Assembly: GCA_963717465.1 (NCBI GenBank)
Contig: OY970340.1
Span: forward strand, 1,600,001-1,664,000
Direction: 5' to 3'
Length of the DNA stretch: 64,000 nt
Source of the DNA: Candidatus Bathyarchaeota archaeon
GTDB taxonomy: Archaea; Thermoproteota; Bathyarchaeia; Bathyarchaeales; Bathycorpusculaceae
The stretch's first letter is position 1; each line of letters starts with the position of its first letter. Under the pieces are notes generated by a model that worked only from the letters and a program-made list of their open reading frames with translations, did no database searches and had not been told where the DNA came from. Of the stretch, positions 42,966 to 53,609 are shown in pieces. A program made the position numbers and the translations under genes.

Positions 42966-43263
42966 TATACGCCAAAATGCCACATGCGTCAGCATCAATT
43001 TTTATTTGGGCTTAGCATCCTAGAAAACACAATTCAAACTCCATTCATTTCCTTCTTTTCAATCTGCGAAAAATATAATTTGAATTGCTGCGATTTTTGC
43101 TTTTGTTGAATTTTCTGGAAAAAAGCATCGGTTTCGCCAGCTCAAGCTTTTTCAGCTGAAAAGAGTAAGCGAGCCGCACCGATTTTATATTGATTTGTTG
43201 TTGCAGTTATGCGACAACTTATGTTAATAGCTTTGTTTCAATGGTTTTAATTTGTAAATTGAG

Positions 43264-43581
43264 GTGAGATTAATTTTGGAGGACGTATATGCAGGTACAG
43301 TTGAATCCATAGTAGTTGATTCTATGGATAGAAAGCCTACTAACCCAGAGTTGCTACGACGAGCTTTTGTATTTATCACGACAGAGCAAGAGCAATGTGA
43401 TCTTGCAGTTGAAGACTTAAGACAAATTGAAGGGGTCGATGAAGTTTATCGTTCTCTTGGATGCTATGATATCGTAGCTAAAGTAAGTGCTAAATCAGTA
43501 GATCTTCTAAGAGAATTGGTTTTTCAGCGAATTAAAAATCTTTCAAGCATAAAATCAACTTTAACATTAACTATAGTTTAA
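43264..43581 (+). CDS. Lrp/AsnC ligand-binding domain protein
   Basis: AFVFI...GVDEVY...G.YDIVAKV...STLTL. Confidence 0.8.
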   Translation: MRLILEDVYAGTVESIVVDSMDRKPTNPELLRRAFVFITTEQEQCDLAVEDLRQIEGVDEVYRSLGCYDIVAKVSAKSVDLLRELVFQRIKNLSSIKSTLTLTIV

Positions 43582-43814
43582 TCATTCAAAATTCCTGCGA
43601 ATTTGGAAACTCTCTTTTTTTTGTAAATACCTGATACTGAGAATTAACTTAAATTATTTAAGAACAAGAAACTTGCTAAAAGCTGTAATATAAGCAGCTG
43701 CGGGTCTGACAATAAGGGTCTTTTATTGAATTGTTACATAGAACTTTTCAAGAAAATATTTATTCTGCGAGATAATCTAAGCAATAATCATTGAAAGCAA
43801 GTTGATGTTCATTA

Positions 43815-44138
43815 ATGAGCGAAACTGAAAAACATTCAGACACCCACTTTAAGAATGAGGTAGAAAAGAAGGAAACCGCAATCGTTCTGTTTTATGCATC
43901 TTGGTGTCCTTTCTCACAGAGATTCCTGCCTATTTTTGAGGAATACGCAAAGAACAATCCGAAACAGTGTCTAAGTTTAAAAATGGATGATAAAGAGTAT
44001 CTTTGTGACGATTACTCTATAGAGTATTACCCAACAGTAATTCTTTTCAAAAAAGGAAAAATTCACAAAAGACTCGATTCAGAACATGGTCTTGGATTAA
44101 CTGAAGAACAATTTAAGAAATTTGTAAACAAAATGTAA
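43815..44138 (+). CDS. Thioredoxin-family protein (CxxS)
   Basis: FYASWCPFS motif and YPTV cis-Pro loop. Confidence 0.8.
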   Translation: MSETEKHSDTHFKNEVEKKETAIVLFYASWCPFSQRFLPIFEEYAKNNPKQCLSLKMDDKEYLCDDYSIEYYPTVILFKKGKIHKRLDSEHGLGLTEEQFKKFVNKM

Positions 44139-44330
44139 CGCCTTCACTTTTAGTTCCTTCATGCAGCAGATTAGCGAAATACTTGTTGGTGCCAAAGTGA
44201 ACCAACAATCGTTTTTATCTACGAGCAACTAGAGCTTCATTTTGAAGAATTTCAGATACTAAAGAATTTTTTTAGTCTGTTTTGACCCGCCAAATTTGCT
44301 GAAAATTCCTCGCAAGTTTGGAGAAAAAAC

Positions 44331-44939
44331 ATGAAAAAAAGAAGAATAGGTTTTTTAATTTTCTTTCTCGAGGTTGCAGTTTTAATTCTAATCCTGATTT
44401 ATAGTGCGGAGTTGTTGACTGAAGGTTTTTCGGTTCAAAGTGCAATAAACAGTCCAAATCTATCAATATCAACTTCAAACGAAAAAGTAACGATTAATGC
44501 TGATTTATTACCCAACGCAACGTCGTCTCCGACGCCGACTCCTTCTCCCAGCTCATCTCCAAGTCCTTCCCCGTCCGCAACGCCAACCCCCTCGCCAAGT
44601 GCGACTCCCTCGCCAAGTGCGACTCCCTCACCGACTGTGACTCCCGCACCGAGTGCAACTCCAAATCCAACCCCTACTCAAACACCAACTCCGACAAGCA
44701 TTCCCAAAACTACGCCTTCCCCTTCACCTTCGCCGTCGCCGACGCCAAGCGTGTCTTCAGTTACCCCAACTCCTTCACCAAGCGTTGACCAAGCATCAGT
44801 CTCACCAAACCCTAATGCTCTATCACCGAATAGTGAATACGGAATTAGCGCTTATTATTGGGCAACATTGGTAGCGGCAGTGACAATTATTTTTGTGGTT
44901 ATCGCTACGTCAGTCTTTAAGAAGAAGCAGATTAAATAA
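44331..44939 (+). CDS. Surface protein with Pro/Thr/Ser tandem repeats and N- and C-terminal TM anchors
   Basis: (TPSPSA)n tract with an exact 18-bp tandem unit near 44590-44625; C-terminal TM followed by KKK. Confidence 0.75.
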   Translation: MKKRRIGFLIFFLEVAVLILILIYSAELLTEGFSVQSAINSPNLSISTSNEKVTINADLLPNATSSPTPTPSPSSSPSPSPSATPTPSPSATPSPSATPSPTVTPAPSATPNPTPTQTPTPTSIPKTTPSPSPSPSPTPSVSSVTPTPSPSVDQASVSPNPNALSPNSEYGISAYYWATLVAAVTIIFVVIATSVFKKKQIK

Positions 44940-45069
44940 AATAAAGATGCTGAGCTATAAAAAATAAAATGAGTTTTTAGATCGCTAAAGCCTGCTGGTT
45001 TTGCCTAAAATAAAGTAAAAATAAGTTTTAGAGGAAATTGAGGTGAAATTAGGTTTGGTGAGCATTTGC

Positions 45070-47469
45070 TCATTCTTTGGAGGATATTGGTTGAACTTCT
45101 TGTTTTGCGTTGATCTTTTGCATGAGGTTTTTTCTGACGTCTTCTTTTAGTGGTCCCATTTTCGAAATTCTATTGTTGAATACTTCAAAGACGTTTATTA
45201 TTTTGTTGTATTCTGGGAGCGTAGTCGAATACGATATTATCCGCATCGGTTCGATATTGTAAGCGCTTAAATCTTTTTTCAACTGGTTGGTATATTCCCG
45301 CAAGGCGTCTTCGCTGAACACGCCGCCATGATCTTCAAACATTATAACACCGTCAGCTCCATAAGCAAAAGCGTGCAACAAATGCTTCAAGCCTATACGT
45401 CCTGTACTGGGAACTCTTATTATTTTGACGTTTGCTGGGTAAGTTGCTCGGCTTTGTCCTGCTAAATCTGCAGCTCCATAGGCGATTTCTTTTTCAAGAA
45501 ACGCTACTAGCTTTGGTGTCATGCTGTAATCGCTGACACTGTGAATTTGAGCCATTAACTGTTCTTCAGTTGAATTATTGAGGTTGATTGCTTCTTTTGG
45601 ACACTTTGGCACGCAGATTCCGCATCCAATGCACGAAATAGAATTGACGGTTATGGCTTTCGATGACTTTTCAATCGCTGAGACTGGGCATACTTTTATG
45701 CATATTTCGCAGCTGTCACATTTCTTCGGATCTATGTATGCCACTTCTGGGGAGATTGAGATTTCACCTTTGCCCAAAAACGTAGCTACTCTTGACGCAA
45801 CTGCCGACGATTCTAAGGTTGTCTCTCTGATATCTTTTGGACTTACAGCGCACCCGGCGATGAATATTCCTTCTCGTTGACTATCAACTGGTTTTAGCTT
45901 GTAGTGCTTTTCTACGAGGAACTCGTCTGATCCAATCTGAATTCCAAGTTTTTTAGCTAATTCCTGAGCACCTGAAGCTGGAGTAATTCCGAGAACTAGC
46001 ACAACTAAATCGAAAACTCCTTCAATGGGGCATCCGACAAGGGTATCCTCTGCTTTTACTAATAAATCGCCGCTCTTTAATGGTAAAATTTCGGCTACAC
46101 GCCCTCTAACAAATTTTACGTTATGCTCTCTGGCTTTAGCGTAAAACTCTTCGTATCCCTTTCCATCAGCTCTTATATCAGTGTAGAAAATCCATGGTTC
46201 AGCGTCTGGCACTACTTTTTGAACCAACATTGCTTGTTTAATTGAAGCCATGCAGCCAATCTTACAGCAGTGCTCCACGCCGCCAAGCTCTTTATTCGTC
46301 ATTCGGCTGCCTACGCAAAGGACAAAAGCAACTTTCTTTGCGACTTTCTTATCTGAAGGCCTTTTCATCTCCTGACCTATAAGTCGTTCAAGCTGCAAGT
46401 TGGTTATTACATCTGGATTTAAGCCGAACTTGTATTCCCCAAATTTCTTTGCATCAACAAGTTCAAAGCCTGTTGAAGAAATTACAGAACCAACATCAAG
46501 TTCAATATTTTCTTCCTTTTGGTTAAAATCAATGGCTTTGCCTTTGCAGAATTTCTCGCAGAGTCTGCAAACTCCTTTTGTTAAATATAGACAATGCTCT
46601 TTATCGATTACATACGTCTTTGGGACTGCTTGCTTAAAAGGTGTATAAATGGCTTTTCGAGTTGACAAATTAGCATCAAATTCGCTTGGTACATTGACTG
46701 GGCAAACCTTTTCGCATTCGCCGCATGCGGTACAATTGGCGGCATTAACAAATCTTGGGCTTTTCTTGATTAAAGCTCGGTAGTTTCCTGGAGATCCCTC
46801 AACGGCTTGTACTTCTGCCATTGGAATAATTTTGATGTTAGGATGTTGCGCAACGCTTACCATTTTTGGCGTCAATATGCATTGTGAGCAGTCCAAGGTT
46901 GGGAAAGTTTTGCTTAGTTGAGCCATGTGTCCGCCTATGCTTGGACTTCGCTCCACTAAGTATACTTGATAACCTTTATCTGCAATCTCTATCGAAGTGG
47001 TAATGCCTGCAATTCCGCCTCCAATGACAAGAGTGTCTTTTTTCACTGGAATTGCCTTGGCAGTTAAGGGTTCCAAGTAGCGAGCTCTCGATACTGCGCT
47101 GCGAATTATGTCGATGGCTTTAGAGGTTGCTTCGTCTTTGTTTCCGTGAACCCAACTGCATTGTTCTCTGATATTTGCCATTTCGAGCAAGTAAGGGTTT
47201 AAACCTGCTGCTTCTACGACACGTCTAAATGTGTCCAGATGCATTCGCGGCGAGCAGGATGCTACAACGATTCTGTTTAATCCGTTTTCCTTAATGCCTT
47301 TTTTGATCATTTCTTGCCCTGGGTCACTGCATACGTATTCGTATTTTTCTACGACTTTTACGCCGTCAAGTTTTGAAACAGCTTCTTTTACCTTGGCAAC
47401 GTCAACTGTGTCGCTTATGTTTCCTCCACAGTGGCAAATATAAACTCCGATCTTTGCTTTTTCAGTCAA
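45070..47469 (-). CDS. hdrA: Heterodisulfide reductase subunit A fused to an MvhD-like C-terminal domain
   Basis: GVYICHCG.NI, ASCSPRMH, NIREQCSWVH, IGGGIAG, KTFPTLDCSQC, ferredoxin motifs, CVGSR...CCKIGC, DIRA.GKGYEEFY; MvhD-like tail (YGAADLAG...YP.NVKIIRV...GADGV). Confidence 0.95.
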   Translation of the reverse strand: MTEKAKIGVYICHCGGNISDTVDVAKVKEAVSKLDGVKVVEKYEYVCSDPGQEMIKKGIKENGLNRIVVASCSPRMHLDTFRRVVEAAGLNPYLLEMANIREQCSWVHGNKDEATSKAIDIIRSAVSRARYLEPLTAKAIPVKKDTLVIGGGIAGITTSIEIADKGYQVYLVERSPSIGGHMAQLSKTFPTLDCSQCILTPKMVSVAQHPNIKIIPMAEVQAVEGSPGNYRALIKKSPRFVNAANCTACGECEKVCPVNVPSEFDANLSTRKAIYTPFKQAVPKTYVIDKEHCLYLTKGVCRLCEKFCKGKAIDFNQKEENIELDVGSVISSTGFELVDAKKFGEYKFGLNPDVITNLQLERLIGQEMKRPSDKKVAKKVAFVLCVGSRMTNKELGGVEHCCKIGCMASIKQAMLVQKVVPDAEPWIFYTDIRADGKGYEEFYAKAREHNVKFVRGRVAEILPLKSGDLLVKAEDTLVGCPIEGVFDLVVLVLGITPASGAQELAKKLGIQIGSDEFLVEKHYKLKPVDSQREGIFIAGCAVSPKDIRETTLESSAVASRVATFLGKGEISISPEVAYIDPKKCDSCEICIKVCPVSAIEKSSKAITVNSISCIGCGICVPKCPKEAINLNNSTEEQLMAQIHSVSDYSMTPKLVAFLEKEIAYGAADLAGQSRATYPANVKIIRVPSTGRIGLKHLLHAFAYGADGVIMFEDHGGVFSEDALREYTNQLKKDLSAYNIEPMRIISYSTTLPEYNKIINVFEVFNNRISKMGPLKEDVRKNLMQKINAKQEVQPISSKE

Positions 47470-47484
47470 TTTTCGTTACATCTC

Positions 47485-48372
47485 TTATGCTTTAAGTTTG
47501 TTAACGAGAGTTTGAACTTGGGTTTTATTTTTGTCCAGGCCGATCTCTGCTGGGGTCATACCGAGCGCTAAACCCAAGAGTTGCGTTAGAAAGACTACTG
47601 GTAACTCGTATTTAGTTTTCAACTTTTGATTTATTTCAACTTGTCCGTTATCAAATTGGAGATGACAGAAGGCACATGGTGTGACTACACAATCTGCTCC
47701 AGCACTAAGCATGTTGTCAATCTTTGACCTGGTGAAATCAAGGGCAACATCAATGGCGTCAGATCTCACTCCGCCGCCTGCGCCGCAGCATTGCATTTTA
47801 TCCTTGTAATCAACGCTTTCTGCACCCAATGTTCTAACAAAATCATCGATTATAGTTGGGTTTTCAGCTGAACCGTGTTTTCTCACCGCGCTTGGCTTTA
47901 AAAAGTGGCAACCATAGTGGACTGCAACTTTGATGTTGCTAAGTGGGACTTTTACCTTTTCTTTAATAGCTGAGTAGCCAACATCTTCGTTTAAAACTTC
48001 AATTATGTGTTTTACTTTTGTTGTTCCTTTATATTCTCTATTGACTTCTTTGAAGATATCATTCACCTGATGCTTCAATTCGTCATTTTCCATTAAGAGG
48101 CAGTTAGTCTCCTGAAGTGACCCGTAGCAGCCATTACAGGTAACTGCTATATCCTTATTCATTTGCTCGGCGATAGTAAGGTTTCTTGCACTAATCACAG
48201 CCCATGTTAACATGTCAAAAGAGCCGAAGACTCCTGGAGCAGGGCAGCATGAAGCCCCCTTCATATCCAGTAATTCTATTCCAAAAACTCCAAGTGTTTT
48301 TTTGGTTGCTAATTCAATTCCAGGGTAACGGTTGGGCGCAATACATCCAAGAAAGTAAGCATACTGTTTCAT
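47485..48372 (-). CDS. hdrB: Heterodisulfide reductase subunit B
   Basis: YFLGCIAPNRYPGIE, SCCPAPG, CNGCYGSL, HYGCH, CCGAGGG and CAFCHLQFD motifs. Confidence 0.96.
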   Translation of the reverse strand: MKQYAYFLGCIAPNRYPGIELATKKTLGVFGIELLDMKGASCCPAPGVFGSFDMLTWAVISARNLTIAEQMNKDIAVTCNGCYGSLQETNCLLMENDELKHQVNDIFKEVNREYKGTTKVKHIIEVLNEDVGYSAIKEKVKVPLSNIKVAVHYGCHFLKPSAVRKHGSAENPTIIDDFVRTLGAESVDYKDKMQCCGAGGGVRSDAIDVALDFTRSKIDNMLSAGADCVVTPCAFCHLQFDNGQVEINQKLKTKYELPVVFLTQLLGLALGMTPAEIGLDKNKTQVQTLVNKLKA

Positions 48373-48950
48373 TTTTTAACCTCTCCCTTAACTGCTTTTT
48401 CTGCAACGAGAACCTTAAATCCTGTTTTTTCAAGTAACTTGTTTATTTCTTTAAGTCCCTCAGGATCACTGAGAGTAGTTGGCGGAACCTCTGATAGTCC
48501 CATGTTTTTTCTAACTGCTTTCATTTCATCATTAATAGGCACGGCATGCCCACTCGCCATGAAAGCTTTGGCGATTTTTCTATGTGATTCTTTTATGTTG
48601 CCATTTTTCACGGCCATGTTTCTGAGAATTCTAACTATGTCAGTAGTGTGAATGCCTCGGGGGCACCTTTCTTGACAGGTATAACAAGTAGTGCATTTCC
48701 ACAAATCATCACTCGAAAGAACTTTATCTTTTAATCCTGTCGAAGTCTCTTCAAAAATTTTTCTAATTCGCCATGAAGTTCGTCTTCCAGAGGGGCAGCC
48801 TCCGACACACCTTCCGCATTGAAGGCATTGTCTAAGTTTTTCTATTTCTTCCTTGTTATAGAATTTTGAACCAGCATCTATAACTTCATTGCGAAAATTA
48901 AATGATGCGTCTTGAATAACTTCTTTCTTTGGAGCCATCCTTATCCCCAT
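48369..48950 (-). CDS. hdrC: Heterodisulfide reductase subunit C
   Basis: CLQCGRCVGGCPS, LWKCTTCYTCQERCPR and GHAVPI motifs. Confidence 0.95.
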   Translation of the reverse strand: MGIRMAPKKEVIQDASFNFRNEVIDAGSKFYNKEEIEKLRQCLQCGRCVGGCPSGRRTSWRIRKIFEETSTGLKDKVLSSDDLWKCTTCYTCQERCPRGIHTTDIVRILRNMAVKNGNIKESHRKIAKAFMASGHAVPINDEMKAVRKNMGLSEVPPTTLSDPEGLKEINKLLEKTGFKVLVAEKAVKGEVKK

Positions 48951-49196
48951 GCTCTTTTCTTAGCCAACTCTACGCTGCTTAGTTTTGAATAAACATTGAC
49001 CCGTGAATTTAAACATTTTTACCTCACCGAATTCATTTAAAATGTTAAAGTCTGCTCAGTTTTATAATGAAAGTTAACTGTTGCATGTACCTTGAGGTGC
49101 ATTATAATGGCAAGCCGATAAGAAATTAACATGACAAGACATAAATAAGCTCAATCGCTTTTTAGTTTCTTAAAAAATAGGAGTGCTACAACTATA

Positions 49197-50222
49197 ATGG
49201 ATTTAAAAGAAAGGTTTCTTGCTTCAACGAAGCGTAAACCAGTTGATAGAGTTCCTTGTGCAAGTCCCCTTCAAACGGCAACAGTAGATTTAATGAATAA
49301 ATGTGGCGCGAGTTGGCCTGAAGCTTTTAGAAATGCAGAGAAAATGGCTACTCTTTCCGCTGCAGCTTACGAAATAGGCGGAATTGAAAGTGTTCGAGTG
49401 CCTTTTGACTTATCCGTCGAGGCAGAAACGTTGGGCTGCAAAATTAAACCAGGCTTGGTCAACGTCCAGCCGCAAACATTAGAAGGCATAATTAATAGTC
49501 CCGATGATGTTGGCAAAGTGAAGGTTCCTGATCCGAAAACAGCTGAACCTATGGCAACAGTCTTAAAAGCAGTAAAGATTCTCAAAGGAAAGTATCCCGA
49601 CAAAGTACCTATTATCGGTGCAGCTTTGGGTCCCATGACGCTAGCCGGACACGTTAATGGTATAGAAAAATTTTTGGTGGCCTTGAGAAAGCAACAGGAT
49701 TTTGCCAGATCAATTCTTGATTTTGCAACGCAAGTTTCAACAACTTATTCGCTTGCGCTAGTTGAAGCTGGCGCTGACGTCATAAGTTTAATAGATCCCT
49801 CAGCAACTGGGGAAATATTAGGGCCAAGGTTCGAAAAAGAGTTCGCTACTCCATACACCAAGAAAGTGGTTGAGCAAATACACAAAGCAGGAGTACCTGT
49901 AATCTTACATATCTGCGGCAAATCTACCATTATTTGGGATTCTATGGTTGAGACTGGATCAGACATGCTCAGCATCAGTGAGCAAGTTGACATGGCTGAA
50001 GCAAAACAAAAAATAGGCAGCAAAGTTGCTCTTGCTGGCAACATTAATCCGATTCAGACTTTGCAGTTTGGGACACCGCAAGACGTGGAGAAAGCAGTCA
50101 AAGAATGCATAGAAAAGGGCGTAGATAACCTTTGCCCAGGTTGCGGATTCACACCGAATACATCACTAGAAAACATGAAGAAAATGACAGATGCGTGCAG
50201 AGCTGTAGGAGCCAAACGATAA
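49197..50222 (+). CDS. mtaA: Methylcobamide:CoM methyltransferase (MtaA/MtbA-like, UroD fold)
   Basis: QTATVDLM...WPEA, RVPFDLSVEAE, Zn-binding LHICG and PGCG motifs. Confidence 0.8.
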   Translation: MDLKERFLASTKRKPVDRVPCASPLQTATVDLMNKCGASWPEAFRNAEKMATLSAAAYEIGGIESVRVPFDLSVEAETLGCKIKPGLVNVQPQTLEGIINSPDDVGKVKVPDPKTAEPMATVLKAVKILKGKYPDKVPIIGAALGPMTLAGHVNGIEKFLVALRKQQDFARSILDFATQVSTTYSLALVEAGADVISLIDPSATGEILGPRFEKEFATPYTKKVVEQIHKAGVPVILHICGKSTIIWDSMVETGSDMLSISEQVDMAEAKQKIGSKVALAGNINPIQTLQFGTPQDVEKAVKECIEKGVDNLCPGCGFTPNTSLENMKKMTDACRAVGAKR

Positions 50223-50680
50223 ATTCAAAGGCATGCAGCTTAAACAGCCCTCTCTTTTATTTTAGCGGTATGTAACTGCTCAGAAATGTTTATAATAAAT
50301 TTTCGCAAATTTCGTAATTTTCTAACCCTTTCTCAACATTTTTGCCAGCATGTAGTGTGTATTATTCGTCAATAAACGAAATACATACCTTTCCATGCAC
50401 GTTTAGTGTTTTGGCACTCTATAAGGTAGGTCCGTGAGCGTCGCGCAGCCTTTCGGCAGTGCGCGCTAAATTGCGTCTTGTTAAGTTCAATAGTTGCTCA
50501 AAGAGTTTATTATAACCTTGAAGGATGTATTCAATGACTTCTCCTTTATCATTAAAGACAAGCTCACAGACTTGAACGTCTACATTAAGCATTCTAAAAG
50601 TTTAAGACAATTATCAAAACTATTTTGGAAGATATCTTGAACGATTTGTTTTTCTTCCATAAATCCCAATAATTAATTAT

Positions 50681-50722
50681 TTCTGATTAGGTACTTTATT
50701 AATTCTGATTAGGTATTTTATT
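50681..50722 (+). repeat. Two-copy tandem repeat (22-bp period)
   Basis: TTCTGATTAGGTACTTTATT-aa-TTCTGATTAGGTATTTTATT. Confidence 0.8.
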
Positions 50723-51165
50723 TTTTAGGTTTAATCTAATTAACATGACAAAACCACAAGCAGAGATGGCTTGAATTGACCTTGTTTTAGTCCAAGCGAA
50801 TGCAAAAACTGGCAGGAAGAAGAGGTGAAGCATTCCACTTTGGATTAAATGTCAATTCAACCAGCCTCATATTTTTGGATTGGGTTTAGTGCGCACTCCA
50901 AATCAATTGTCTTTTGCGTTATGAAAATATCGTAAGCTGCTTTTACGCATTGATTGGCTGCTTCAAAAATATTTTGATTTGAACTATGATTAAATGGTTC
51001 TGTAGGTATTAATCCCTAAATATGTCTTGGGAGAAATGAGTCTTGAAATCGACATTATTGGATTTTGACCTTTTTGGTTTAAGTCGGTAGGCCTAGCGCT
51101 GCTACAATATATTTAATTAATGTTTACTTAAAGGCTTAAATATCAGTAAAATTTCCAAAGCATTT

Positions 51166-52215
51166 ATGACAACTCCATATGATCGATTGATTAATGTTTT
51201 GAGTGGTAAAAAAGCTGAAGTTGATCGACTTCCCGTTATAAACCCTGTCTCCACTTACACATATGATTCTATGAAAGCATATGACGCCTATTGGCCAGCT
51301 GCCCATAGAGATCCTGAAAAAATGGCAAAGCTAGCCGCAGGGCTCCATAGACTTGCAGGCTTAGGTAACGTGACAGTTCCATTTGAATTGACCTTCGAGG
51401 CTGAGATTCTCGGTGCCCCAGTGCAGTTTTTCGAAGACAAGATAAAATGGCCCACTGTTAAGGGTTTTATTGCTCATGAAGTTTCTGACCTTAAATTTCC
51501 CAAGGATATATCAACGGCTGGAAGAATACCAGTTGTTACTAATGCTATTAAAATATTAAAAAGGGAATTCGAAGGCAAAGTCCCAATAATTGCGTACATA
51601 AATTGTCCATTCACCAGCATCAGTAGCTACTTAGTTGAACCAGTCGAATTCCTGAAATCTCTAAGACGTGAACCCGAGAAGGTTCGCGAATTCTACAAAG
51701 CATCCTACCCATTTTATGGTGAAATTGCAAACGCGTTTAAGGAAGCCGGCGCCGACATAATCACATATAGGGAAGAAGGTGTCTCACTTGACAACATCTC
51801 AATCAAGGATTTCGACGAATATGTTAAGCCATATCTCACTAAACTGATTGGTCTCACAAAGTCGCCGAAAATTCTCCACACCTGCGGTTTATGCATAAGC
51901 CGTGAAAAGGAAATTATTGGAAGGATGATAGAATGCGGTGCCGATGCAATTTCCATTGAGGAAAGGACACCAATGAAAGCAGCAAGAGAATTCGCCGACA
52001 AGGCTAAACCAGGTTATCCTATATGCGGAAATGTTGCTCCTTTTTCGGTTATACATAATGGTCCTATTGAAAGAATCAGATTAGCCGTTAAAAAAGCAAT
52101 TGATGAAGGAGTGGATATAGTATCACCTGGCTGCGACTTTTACTTGGAGACCCCGACTGAGCATGTGAAGGCTTTCGTCAATGCCGCTATTGAGTTTGGT
52201 ACACAAACAAGGTGA
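51166..52215 (+). CDS. MtaA/CmuA-family methyltransferase, paralog 2
   Basis: YWPAAH.DP.KMAKL, VPFELTFEAE, LHTCG and PGCDF motifs. Confidence 0.85.
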   Translation: MTTPYDRLINVLSGKKAEVDRLPVINPVSTYTYDSMKAYDAYWPAAHRDPEKMAKLAAGLHRLAGLGNVTVPFELTFEAEILGAPVQFFEDKIKWPTVKGFIAHEVSDLKFPKDISTAGRIPVVTNAIKILKREFEGKVPIIAYINCPFTSISSYLVEPVEFLKSLRREPEKVREFYKASYPFYGEIANAFKEAGADIITYREEGVSLDNISIKDFDEYVKPYLTKLIGLTKSPKILHTCGLCISREKEIIGRMIECGADAISIEERTPMKAAREFADKAKPGYPICGNVAPFSVIHNGPIERIRLAVKKAIDEGVDIVSPGCDFYLETPTEHVKAFVNAAIEFGTQTR

Positions 52216-52628
52216 GGAAGTCTGTCAACTTCGTTAGGGAAATCTAAAGGTAAATTTTCGAGGAAACGTTAAGGATTATAATCGGCAAACCTCTTCTTTC
52301 GGCACTTGCCAATAAGCTTGGCATGTCGAAAAGTCTTTATTTTTTCTTTACATTTTTTATATGTGTACATTACTTAGAAAAGCATGTGCTCTGTAACTTA
52401 CCTTTCAACTATTATCCTTATTGTGAAAGCGTTCGCCATGAAGAAAGAGTTGATGAATTAATCGAAAAATAAACAGTCACTTTAAGAATTTTTTACAACA
52501 TTAAGAGATAAAGGTAATACTTAACGAATTTGACAGAAATCGGCAGGTTATGGGCAAATAAAGAAGAAGTTTACAAAAAAGTAAAAATATAGGTGTTTTT
52601 TGCTAAAAAACAACAGGTGAACAAAGAC

Positions 52629-53589
52629 ATGTTTAAATTTAAATCTCAACAAAAAATTTTCAAGATAGGAAATGTGAGTATAGGTGGACAGCCGGGAGAA
52701 CTCCCGAAGGTGCTGTTCGGAACCATTTTTTATGGCAAACATAAAATCGTAGAGGACCAGAAAAAAGGCATTTTCGACAGGAAAAAGGCAGAGGAACTGA
52801 TAAATAAACAAGAAGAGCTTTCTGATCTTACTGGTAACCCTTGCGGGTTAGATGTTGTATGCATCTCGCTTGAGTCAGCTTGTAAGTTCATCGATTTTGT
52901 TGCAGAGACAACTGATTGTCCGATTTCAGCAGATATTTGGACGCCCGAGATTAAAATTAAAGTTCTAAATCATATTGCTGAGGTAGGTCTTTCAGATCGA
53001 ATCATTTACAACAGTGTGATGTCAGTTCCGTTGCCCAGCGAAGATGAACTTAATGCTATTAGAGAGTCAAAGGTTAAGTCAGCTGTAATTCTATGTTACA
53101 ACACAAAGGATCGTACGACCAAAGGTGTTTTGTCTTTGCTCAGGGGCACTGAAGAGCAAAAGGGCTTGCTGGACATAGCTCAGGGAGCAGGAATAGAAAA
53201 GCCATTAGTTGACGCAACCATCTTTACATACATTCCAAGCATAGGCGTTGGAGCTAGAGCATGTTACTTAGTAAAAGATGAATTCGGTCTTCCAGTGGGC
53301 GGTTCACCTGGAAACGCAACTACTGTTTGGAAAGAACCAAAAAAGTGGGGACAAGATATCTTTAAAGCGTGTGAAGCAGCGGCAGAAGTTGTACCTTTAG
53401 CCTTAGGCGCAGATTACCTGTTTTATGGACCAGTTGAGTCGGCCCCTTGGGTATTTCCAGCCTGCGCTGGAGTTGACGCAATGATTGCCAGCAGCAGCTA
53501 AAACTGAATTCGGAATAAAAACCTTGACGAAAGAGCATCCACTGTATAAATTATTCCCCGAAATCGTTAAAAAGTTAGACATTGAATAA
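52629..53589 (+). CDS. mtrH: MtrH-like pterin:corrinoid methyltransferase (frameshift near 53490)
   Basis: MFKFKSQQKIFKIG...IGGQPGELP..L.GTIFY..HKIV.D..KG.FD, GADYLFYGPVE; shifted tail AAKTEFGIKTLTKEHPLYKLF. Confidence 0.85.
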
Positions 53590-53609
53590 GAATAAAGAGA
53601 TGATGCAAT

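Noticed and set aside
44520..44790. Tandem repeats as a possible CRISPR or VNTR locus
   Set aside because: They are in-frame Pro/Thr/Ser codon repeats inside a membrane-protein gene, with no unique spacers. No CRISPR array or cas gene was seen in the window.
52629..53589. A membrane-bound Mtr complex
   Set aside because: Only an MtrH-like gene is present; there are no mtrA-G genes in the window.
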